A stretch of DNA of 62,395 nt from Clostridia bacterium (GTDB taxonomy: Bacteria > Bacillota > Clostridia > Oscillospirales > Acutalibacteraceae), in NCBI GenBank assembly GCA_017629275.1, contig JAGBXM010000060.1:1-62395 (forward strand), given 5' to 3'. The first letter of the stretch is position 1; each line of letters starts with the position of its first letter. Below, piece after piece: positions 26,491 to 33,529 of this stretch. The translations under genes and the position numbers were made by a program. Below the pieces are notes generated by a model. It had not been told where the DNA came from, did not search any database, and worked only from the letters and a program-made list of their open reading frames with translations.

Positions 26491-28704
26491 ATGAGTCAGA
26501 TCAAAAAGTTAGAGTTTAACAACCACAAGGTTTATGAAACCACTCTTGCAGGTCGTCCTTTGAAACTTGAGACCGGTATGATGTGCGGTCTTTCCAATGC
26601 ATCCATCATGGCAACCTACGGTGACACCGCAGTTTTGTGTAACGTTACCGCATCTGCCAAGCCCCGTGAAGGTGTTGATTTCTTCCCCTTGTCGGTCGAC
26701 TATGAAGAGAAGATGTATTCTGTAGGACGTATTCCCGGTTCTTTCCAGCGCCGCGAGTCGAGACCTTCTGAGAAGGCAATCTTGACCGGTCGTTGCATTG
26801 ACCGTCCCATCCGTCCTTTGTTCCCCAAGGATATGAGAAACGATTGCTCGGTTGTTGCTACCGTTATGTCGGTTGACCCCGACTGCAGTCCCGAAGTTAC
26901 CGCTATGATCGGTGTTTCTGCCGCTATCGCTATTTCGGACATTCCTTGGGATGGCCCTGTCAGCGGTGTTAAGGTTGGCTTGGTTGACGGCGAAATCGTT
27001 ATCAACCCCACTCTTGAGCAGAGAGCCAAGAGCGAAATGGACGTAACCGTTGCTTCTACCGGCGAGCTTGTCGCTATGATCGAAGCGGGCGGTAACGAAA
27101 TTCCCGATGACCTTATGTTCGACGCCATTATGACCGCTCACGAGGTCAACAAGGAAGTTGTTAAGTTTATCAACGGTATTGTCGCAGAGATCGGCAAACC
27201 CAAATTTGATTTCATCTCCAACGATCCCGATCCTGCAATTATGGCCGAGATCGAGGAATTCTGCATTGAGGACGTTAAGAAGGCACTTGATACCGACGAT
27301 AAGAACGTCCGCGATGCCGCTTTGTTGCCTATCTATGACGCTGTTCACGAGAAGTTTGACGAGCGTTTTGAAGGCTGTGAGGCTAAACTTGACGAGATTA
27401 TGTATCTCGTTCAGAAGCACGTTGTACGAGCCTGGCTTAAGGACGAGCACAAGCGTGTTGACGGCCGCGGTATCGACGATATCCGTCCCTTGAACGCTAA
27501 GGTCGACCTTCTCCCCAGAGTACACGGCTCGGGTATGTTTACCCGTGGTCAGACTCAGGTTTTGTCGGTCACCACTTTGGCTCCCGTTTCCGAGGCACAG
27601 AAGCTTGACGGTCTTGATGAAGAGGTCGAGAAGAGATACATCCATCACTACAACTTCCCGTCTTACTCTGTCGGTGAGACCAAGCCGTCCAGAGGCCCCG
27701 GCCGTCGTGAGATCGGTCACGGCGCTTTGGCAGAACGTGCATTGTTGCCCGTTATTCCTTCTGTTGACGAGTTCCCCTACACCATTCGTGTAGTTTCCGA
27801 AGTTTTGTCTTCCAACGGTTCTACCTCGCAGGGTTCCATCTGTGGTTCTACCTTGTCGCTTATGGCTGCAGGTGTTCCCATTAAGGCTCCCGTTGCCGGT
27901 ATCTCCTGCGGACTTATCACAGGTGACGACGGTGTTAAGGGCGACTTTATGACCATGGTCGACATTCAGGGCCTTGAAGACTTCTACGGCGATATGGACT
28001 TTAAGGTAGCAGGTACCAAGAAGGGTATCACCGCTATTCAGATGGACCTTAAGGTTCACGGTCTTACTCCCGAAATCATCAAGGAAGCATTCCAGAAGAC
28101 CCACGATGCAAGACTTCACATTCTTGATGAAATTATGCTCCCCTGCATTGCAGAGCCCAGAGCCGAGCTTTCGAAGTATGCTCCCAAGATGCTCACTATG
28201 ACCATTAACCCCGAGAAGATCGGTGACGTTATCGGTAAGCAGGGTAAGGTTATCCAGAAGTTGCAGGAACTCTTTGAGTGCGTAATCAACATCGAAGAAG
28301 ATGGTCGCGTATTCATCTCTACCCTCGACACCGAAAAGGGTCAGGCAGTTATGGACGTTATCGACATCATTGCCAAGGGTCCCGAGGTTGGTGCTTTCTA
28401 TCAGGGTACCGTTACCAGACTTATGGAGTTCGGTGCATTCGTTGAGATCGCTCCCGGTGTTGAAGGACTTGTTCACATCAGCAAACTTGACGTTAAGCGC
28501 GTAGGCAAGGTTGAAGACGTTGTTACCGTTGGCGACATCATCAAGGTCAAGGTTACCGAGATTGATGACCGAGACAGAATCAACCTCTCCCGCCGTGATG
28601 CTCTCGTTGAACTTGACGGTATGACCGTTGAGGAAGATGCAGACGAAGGCGAGCGCCGCCCCAGACGCGACGGCGGACGCCCCGGCTTCAGAGGCAGAAG
28701 ATAA
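26491..28704 (+). CDS. pnp: Polyribonucleotide nucleotidyltransferase (PNPase)
   Basis: 737 aa with two RNase PH domains, a KH domain (IGKQGKVIQKL), an S1 domain (GTVTRLMEFGAFVEI) and an R/G-rich tail. Confidence 0.97.
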   Translation: MSQIKKLEFNNHKVYETTLAGRPLKLETGMMCGLSNASIMATYGDTAVLCNVTASAKPREGVDFFPLSVDYEEKMYSVGRIPGSFQRRESRPSEKAILTGRCIDRPIRPLFPKDMRNDCSVVATVMSVDPDCSPEVTAMIGVSAAIAISDIPWDGPVSGVKVGLVDGEIVINPTLEQRAKSEMDVTVASTGELVAMIEAGGNEIPDDLMFDAIMTAHEVNKEVVKFINGIVAEIGKPKFDFISNDPDPAIMAEIEEFCIEDVKKALDTDDKNVRDAALLPIYDAVHEKFDERFEGCEAKLDEIMYLVQKHVVRAWLKDEHKRVDGRGIDDIRPLNAKVDLLPRVHGSGMFTRGQTQVLSVTTLAPVSEAQKLDGLDEEVEKRYIHHYNFPSYSVGETKPSRGPGRREIGHGALAERALLPVIPSVDEFPYTIRVVSEVLSSNGSTSQGSICGSTLSLMAAGVPIKAPVAGISCGLITGDDGVKGDFMTMVDIQGLEDFYGDMDFKVAGTKKGITAIQMDLKVHGLTPEIIKEAFQKTHDARLHILDEIMLPCIAEPRAELSKYAPKMLTMTINPEKIGDVIGKQGKVIQKLQELFECVINIEEDGRVFISTLDTEKGQAVMDVIDIIAKGPEVGAFYQGTVTRLMEFGAFVEIAPGVEGLVHISKLDVKRVGKVEDVVTVGDIIKVKVTEIDDRDRINLSRRDALVELDGMTVEEDADEGERRPRRDGGRPGFRGRR

Positions 28705-28792
28705 TCCGAATTAAATAGTAAACCCGTTGGTGATTAACGTGATGTCCTTAACGGACAAATCACGTTAAAACTAAGTTTGCCCTTACGGGCAA

Positions 28793-28939
28793 GTGAAGTT
28801 GCCGATGGCAGTGAAGTTACTTTGTAGTGAAGTTACACCTATCGGTGTAGTGGGCAAACTTAACTTCACTTTGCAGTGGCAAAACTTCATTATGGCGAAA
28901 GCCATAACTTCACATTTTGCTTTCAGCAAAATACTTCAC
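28793..28939 (+). repeat. Octamer array: GTGAAGTT x3 then AACTTCAC x4, with a mini-hairpin in every spacer
   Basis: GTGAAGTT at 28793, 28811 and 28827. AACTTCAC at 28862 and 28906, and 7/8 copies at 28883 and 28933. Spacer hairpins at 28801-09, 28819-25, 28835-48, 28867-78, 28890-907 (GAAA loop) and 28914-32. Confidence 0.8.
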
Positions 28940-28959
28940 TAAAACAAAGGAAAAGGAAA

Positions 28960-28999
28960 GCACCACAGATTCAAAAATGAGTCTGTGGCGCTTTTTTTT
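28960..28999 (+). terminator. Strong intrinsic terminator 256 nt downstream of the pnp stop
   Basis: GC-a-CCACAGAttC-aaaaat-GagTCTGTGG-c-GC followed by TTTTTTTT. Confidence 0.75.
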
Positions 29000-29120
29000 A
29001 CGGCAGAAGAATAATTTTTTTTGCTATTTTTTGCAAGTTTCGCTTTTGTGTTACAAAACAGTTGGGCTTAGTTCAATCCTCTTTTTAATTTTCCGTTAGA
29101 AGCAACAGGCTTTCACCAAA

Positions 29121-29287
29121 GGGAGTTGCGGTTAGGGATAAACCGCCTGAAAAAGCAACTTTTTGCGGACTAATGTGTTAAAAGGGCGAGGTACGCGACA
29201 GCGTTACCTCGCCCTTTTGCCTTTTATTCCATCAAAAATTTATCTTTTTCGGTTCCAAAACCGATTTCGTCCCTAATCGCAACTCCC
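29121..29287 (+). repeat. 167-nt element bounded by an 18-bp inverted repeat (17/18), with three internal hairpins
   Basis: GGGAGTTGCGGTTAGGGA (29121-38) versus TCCCTAATCGCAACTCCC (29270-87). Internal hairpins: CCGC..AAAAAGcaaCTTTTT..GCGG, GGGCGAGGTA..TACCTCGCCC and CGGTTccaaAACCG. Confidence 0.7.
29180..29218. terminator. Bidirectional terminator-like hairpin inside the IR-bounded element
   Basis: AAAA-GGGCGAGGTA-cgcgacagcgt-TACCTCGCCC-TTTT. Lies ~105 nt downstream of the minus-strand LTA-synthase-like gene. Confidence 0.6.
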
Positions 29288-29320
29288 TAACGGGTTTATT
29301 TTTTTCGTTTTAATTTCGGG

Positions 29321-31414
29321 TTACTGTCCGTCAACTGCGAGACTGTCGGTGACGAATTTATAGAAGTTTTCTTCCATCAGTTTTAACGATACGGTGTATT
29401 TGGATTTAGTTACCGCGATGCAATAATCGAGGTACTGCTGTTTCTGCTCGTCGGAAAGCTTTGCGGCAGCCGCAGTCCATTCTGCTTTGCCGTCCTGCGA
29501 GTTGTAACGGACGTATTCGGTTATGAAGCTTTTGTTGTAAAGCGTTGCCATGTGGGTGGTGTTGGTCGAGAAAATGTCAACACCCGGCAAAAGTCTCGAA
29601 TCATATTCCATTCCGAAAAGGTTCAGAACGGTGGGAAGGATATCGACGTTACTGCAGTAGGTATCGACCTTGGTGGTGGGGAGACCGCCGCACCACATAA
29701 TGCAAGAGGAGTGGAATTTGTCGAAATTTTCTTCGACCTCACCGCCTGCAAGTGACTCCAAAGCGTCGTCGTTGAGGTAATAAGGATAATGGTCACCCGT
29801 CAGAACGATGAGGGTATTCTGAAGCTTACCTGCCTCTTCAAGGCGCTTGAAGAGATATTCCATTGCAAGTTCCAACTCGTAGTTGGCGGCAAGGTAATAT
29901 TCGGCGTTTTTGGTAAGCTTACGGTCACCGAGCAGTTCGCGTACCTTTTCAATATTCTTGACGGCGATCGGGTTGGCGGTCGAATAAGGTCCGTGACCCG
30001 AGAAGGTCATATAATATGTATGGAACTGTTCGTCGTTGATGAAGTCGTCGATCGACTGCTCCATCATTTCAAGGTCGGAAGAAGGCCACGACGAGGTGAA
30101 GGTCATTCCGTTTTGACCGCCCATAAACCTTGTGGTGGTATAACCGAGGTTTGGGTGTGTTTTATTTCTCGAATAATAATAGCCGCGGTAGTTATGGTAA
30201 GCGTACGATTTGATGCCGTTGCTTTCGAACATATTACCCAAAGCAAAGGGAATGTCCTTGTTGACCGACTGTGCGAAGCTGCCGACGGTGGTGCCTGAGT
30301 CGGCTTTACGTGAAACGTCGGGCCAGAGACCCGTCATAAATATAAATTCACCGTTGGTGGTCGTATTCTTGAACGAGTTATAGTAATTATTCAGAACTAT
30401 ACCGCCGCAGCTCATTCTGAAAAGGGTTGGGGTGACCACGGGGTCAATGGCATATTTCGAGAAGGATTCGGCGCATATATAAATAAGGTTATAATCCTTC
30501 AAAATACCTGTGTAAGCATTTTTATTGGTGGCGGTAACGCTGTTAAAGTAATCGCAGAGTTCCTGCTTGCCTTTGTCGGTGGTCGATTCCTTCAAGGCGT
30601 TGAAGTCAACACCGTTTAAAACGTTGGGGGAGGTATCAATCTCGGGTTCGGTATCGACCTCGGTGTCAAGTACGGGAGGTTGAACGTCGGGGTTGGTAAG
30701 GGTATCGTCAGCATCGGCTTCGGCACCGAAAATAACGTAGCGCAGTTCAACCAAGGTGTTGGTCATAACACCGAGACGGTCGGCGGCGGTGTCGGTATCG
30801 ACATAGGCCGAGGAATAAGCCGCATAAGGCGAAGCATCACCCGTGCCGAACGGCAAGAGCAGTAAGACTGCCAAAAACCACGTGACAACCGTTAATATAA
30901 AAGAGCCTAAATGGGAAATAGGTTTAAATCTTTTGTAGAAGCCTTTGGGTGCTAAAAAAGACAGCAATACGGCGGCCGCGACGGGCAAAAGGCAGAGAAT
31001 AATCCAACCGATCGATTCTTTGACGGTTGACCACAATGCCCAACCAAAGTTGCCGACGGCATCGGCGCCGAGTCCCATCATCGAAACCGAGAACATCGAG
31101 CCGAATATTCTGAAATAGATAAGCTGACTGACGTAAAAGGCAAACGGCAAAAGCATAACGGCGGGGGTGAGCCAACGGTTAAACTTAGGCTTGAGCCATC
31201 CCGTAAGCGTTGCCAAAAACAACGATTCGGCAGGTAAGAACAAAAGGAAATAAAGCGAAAAATCATCAAATCCTGTTTGCGTTCTTAACAACAGTTCCCA
31301 ATAAATCAGGGCTATTGAATAGAGACCTGCATATTTAAGGACGGTTATCAACTGCTTTTTGATAAAGGTCAGGAGTTGGTCTTTAAGTATGGGTTCGTTT
31401 TTTGAACTACTCAT
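29321..31414 (-). CDS. LTA-synthase-family / sulfatase-like (alkaline-phosphatase superfamily) polytopic membrane protein
   Basis: N-terminal block of 5-6 TM helices, an acidic linker and a C-terminal sulfatase-type domain (..LIVLTGDHYPYY..). ATG 31414 is preceded by GAGG; the maximal ORF starts at GTG 31426. Confidence 0.65.
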   Translation of the reverse strand: MSSSKNEPILKDQLLTFIKKQLITVLKYAGLYSIALIYWELLLRTQTGFDDFSLYFLLFLPAESLFLATLTGWLKPKFNRWLTPAVMLLPFAFYVSQLIYFRIFGSMFSVSMMGLGADAVGNFGWALWSTVKESIGWIILCLLPVAAAVLLSFLAPKGFYKRFKPISHLGSFILTVVTWFLAVLLLLPFGTGDASPYAAYSSAYVDTDTAADRLGVMTNTLVELRYVIFGAEADADDTLTNPDVQPPVLDTEVDTEPEIDTSPNVLNGVDFNALKESTTDKGKQELCDYFNSVTATNKNAYTGILKDYNLIYICAESFSKYAIDPVVTPTLFRMSCGGIVLNNYYNSFKNTTTNGEFIFMTGLWPDVSRKADSGTTVGSFAQSVNKDIPFALGNMFESNGIKSYAYHNYRGYYYSRNKTHPNLGYTTTRFMGGQNGMTFTSSWPSSDLEMMEQSIDDFINDEQFHTYYMTFSGHGPYSTANPIAVKNIEKVRELLGDRKLTKNAEYYLAANYELELAMEYLFKRLEEAGKLQNTLIVLTGDHYPYYLNDDALESLAGGEVEENFDKFHSSCIMWCGGLPTTKVDTYCSNVDILPTVLNLFGMEYDSRLLPGVDIFSTNTTHMATLYNKSFITEYVRYNSQDGKAEWTAAAAKLSDEQKQQYLDYCIAVTKSKYTVSLKLMEENFYKFVTDSLAVDGQ

Positions 31415-31552
31415 AAAATACCTCACTTGATAAAATCAATTAGAAATATAATATCACTTTGTGTCGAATTTTTCAATATTATAATTGTAAACATTTTGAT
31501 AACGTTAATATATTTATTTTATAAATTGGCCAAACTATTTGAGCGTTTCTAC

Positions 31553-31581
31553 TTGAAATGGAAGTTGTTTTATAGTATAAT
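31553..31581 (+). promoter_or_regulatory. Candidate sigma-A promoter of miaB
   Basis: TTGAAA, 17-nt spacer, TATAAT. Confidence 0.55.
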
Positions 31582-31624
31582 CTTATAGAATATGGACAAG
31601 TATACCTTTTAGGAGATTTTTAGT

Positions 31625-33031
31625 TTGAATCACAACTTTCAAAGCGCTGAAAAAGAGCAGGAATTAGCGACGCAGTTCGGCTTTGCCGAGCGTGTCAGAG
31701 AACTTAATTTGGCAAAATACACATATAAGCCGTTGGCCTTTGTTCACACCTACGGATGTCAACAGAACGTCAGCGATACCGAGCATTTGAAGGGTTATCT
31801 TGAAATGATGGGTTACGGGTTTACCGAGGATCTGTCCAAGGCCGATCTGGTGCTTTACAATACCTGCGCCGTGCGTGAACACGCCGAGTCAAGGGTGTTC
31901 GGCAACGTCGGGATTTTAAAGGCCAACAAACGCGCCCGACCCGGAATGCTTATATGTATGTGCGGTTGTATGGCACAGCAACCTGAAGTTTCGGAAAAAA
32001 TCAAAAAGAGTTATCCTTACGTTGATATTTTGTTCGGTACGGGTGTCAGACACCGTTTTCCCGAATTTGTTTATCGCAAAATGACGACGGGCAAAAGGGT
32101 GTTTGAAAATCCTGAACCCGATACAGGTATTTTTGAGGGTATCCCTGTTCACCGTGACGGCACCTTTAAAGCGTGGTTACCCATAATGCAGGGTTGCAAC
32201 AATTTCTGTACCTATTGTATCGTGCCCTACGTCAGAGGACGTGAGTGTTCGCGTGAACCCGAGGCCGTTATTGCCGAGGCCGAGGAAATAATCAAGGGCG
32301 GCGCCAAGGAGATAATGTTGCTCGGTCAGAATGTTAATTCTTACGGTAAGACGACCCAACACAAGATGACCTTTGCCGAACTGCTGCGCAGGATAAATGC
32401 CATTGAGGGCGATTTTCGTATAAGGTTTATGACCTCACACCCGAAAGACTGTTCGGATGAGCTGTTGGTGGCAATGGCTGAGTGCGAAAAGGTTGAAAAG
32501 CACCTGCACCTGCCCGTTCAGTGCGGAAGCGACCGAATTTTAGACCGTATGAACCGACGTTATACCGCTGAAGGCTATATGAAGCTGGTCGACCGCGCTA
32601 AGGAACTTATGCCCGAAATTCAACTTACAAGCGATATCATCGTGGGCTTCCCCGGTGAAACCGAGGAAGACTTTCAAAAGACGCTTGAGTTGATTAAAAA
32701 GGTGCGCTATTATTCGTTGTTTACCTTTATATTTTCACCGCGTCCCGGTACGCCTGCCGAAAAGATGGAGGATAATGAGTCAAGCGCCGATAAAAGCCGA
32801 CGTTTTGCCGAAATGCTTCGCGTTCAGGAGGAAATATCGAGAGAACTTAATGCCGAGGTCATCGGTCGCAAGGTCCGTCTTTTGATTGAGGAAATTGACG
32901 GTGACGTTTTGGTTGGCCGTTCATCCGAAAATCTGGTTGTAAGGGTCAACGGTAACAAAGAAATGTTAGGCGAATTTGTTAATGCCGAAATCACGTCGTT
33001 TGACGGTGTGCTTCACGGCGAGATTATTTAA
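31625..33031 (+). CDS. miaB: tRNA-2-methylthio-N6-dimethylallyladenosine synthase (radical SAM methylthiotransferase)
   Basis: N-terminal UPF0004 cysteines (TYGCQQN..., NTCAVRE), radical-SAM motif GCNNFCTYCIVP and a C-terminal TRAM domain. TTG start follows RBS AGGAG. Confidence 0.9.
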   Translation: MNHNFQSAEKEQELATQFGFAERVRELNLAKYTYKPLAFVHTYGCQQNVSDTEHLKGYLEMMGYGFTEDLSKADLVLYNTCAVREHAESRVFGNVGILKANKRARPGMLICMCGCMAQQPEVSEKIKKSYPYVDILFGTGVRHRFPEFVYRKMTTGKRVFENPEPDTGIFEGIPVHRDGTFKAWLPIMQGCNNFCTYCIVPYVRGRECSREPEAVIAEAEEIIKGGAKEIMLLGQNVNSYGKTTQHKMTFAELLRRINAIEGDFRIRFMTSHPKDCSDELLVAMAECEKVEKHLHLPVQCGSDRILDRMNRRYTAEGYMKLVDRAKELMPEIQLTSDIIVGFPGETEEDFQKTLELIKKVRYYSLFTFIFSPRPGTPAEKMEDNESSADKSRRFAEMLRVQEEISRELNAEVIGRKVRLLIEEIDGDVLVGRSSENLVVRVNGNKEMLGEFVNAEITSFDGVLHGEII

Positions 33032-33063
33032 TTTTTTGAGTTTAAACCAAAGGAGTAATAAAA

Positions 33064-33474
33064 ATGGACATCATTGAAGCTGCAAGAAATTTAGGCGCTG
33101 TTTTACAGCAGGACGAAAGATATAAAAAGTATATTGAGGCACGTAAGGCCAACGACGAGGACCCTGAACTTCAAAAATTAGTCGGTGAGTTCAATCTGGC
33201 CCGTATGCAGGTCGACAACGAATTTCAGAAGGAAGAGTCGGAGCGCGACGGTGAAAAAATCAAGGAATTCAATGTGCAGATCCGTCAGCTTTACGGCAAG
33301 ATTATGTGCAACGATACTATGATGGAGTTCAATAAGGCAAAAGCCGATTTTGATGCTGTTATGCAGAGGGTCAACGGCATTATTGATCTTTCTATCGAGG
33401 GTGAAGATCCTGCCACCTGTGAGCCCGCAAGCGGTTGCACCGGAAGCTGTGCTACCTGCGGCGGTTGCCACTAA
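33064..33474 (+). CDS. YlbF/YmcA-family (RicF/RicA-like) protein with a Cys-rich C-terminal tail
   Basis: Helical YlbF-like body (ERYKKYIEARKANDEDPELQKLVGEFN...) ending in CEPASGCTGSCATCGGCH. Confidence 0.7.
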   Translation: MDIIEAARNLGAVLQQDERYKKYIEARKANDEDPELQKLVGEFNLARMQVDNEFQKEESERDGEKIKEFNVQIRQLYGKIMCNDTMMEFNKAKADFDAVMQRVNGIIDLSIEGEDPATCEPASGCTGSCATCGGCH

Positions 33475-33529
33475 CTGTCAGATCATAGTTTCGATTTGAG
33501 ATAAAAGAAATTTATCGAGGTGAAAACCA

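Noticed and set aside
26509-28476. 655-aa ORF antisense to pnp, and similar long antisense ORFs (3001-3912, 16130-17365, 42932-44110, 44202-45317, 49311-50084, 53017-54300, 55178-56071)
   Set aside because: Each one I checked (pnp, glgP, ileS) is in exact codon register with a well-supported sense gene. In that register, antisense stops correspond to sense TTA, CTA and TCA codons, which these genes largely avoid. The translations are low-complexity (G/V/N/T-rich), have no RBS and show no recognisable domain. They are a codon-bias artefact, not overlapping genes.
28793-28939. Possible CRISPR array, given regularly spaced repeats with unique spacers
   Set aside because: The repeats are only 8 nt and the spacers 8-19 nt. 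The repeat flips orientation half-way, and every spacer is itself palindromic. There are no cas genes or leader in the window. The array is treated as a structured repeat or RNA instead.
28917-29099. 60-aa ORF in the pnp-downstream gap
   Set aside because: It has no RBS, crosses the strong terminator at 28960-28999, and its composition is Phe/Leu/Lys-rich AT-run translation.
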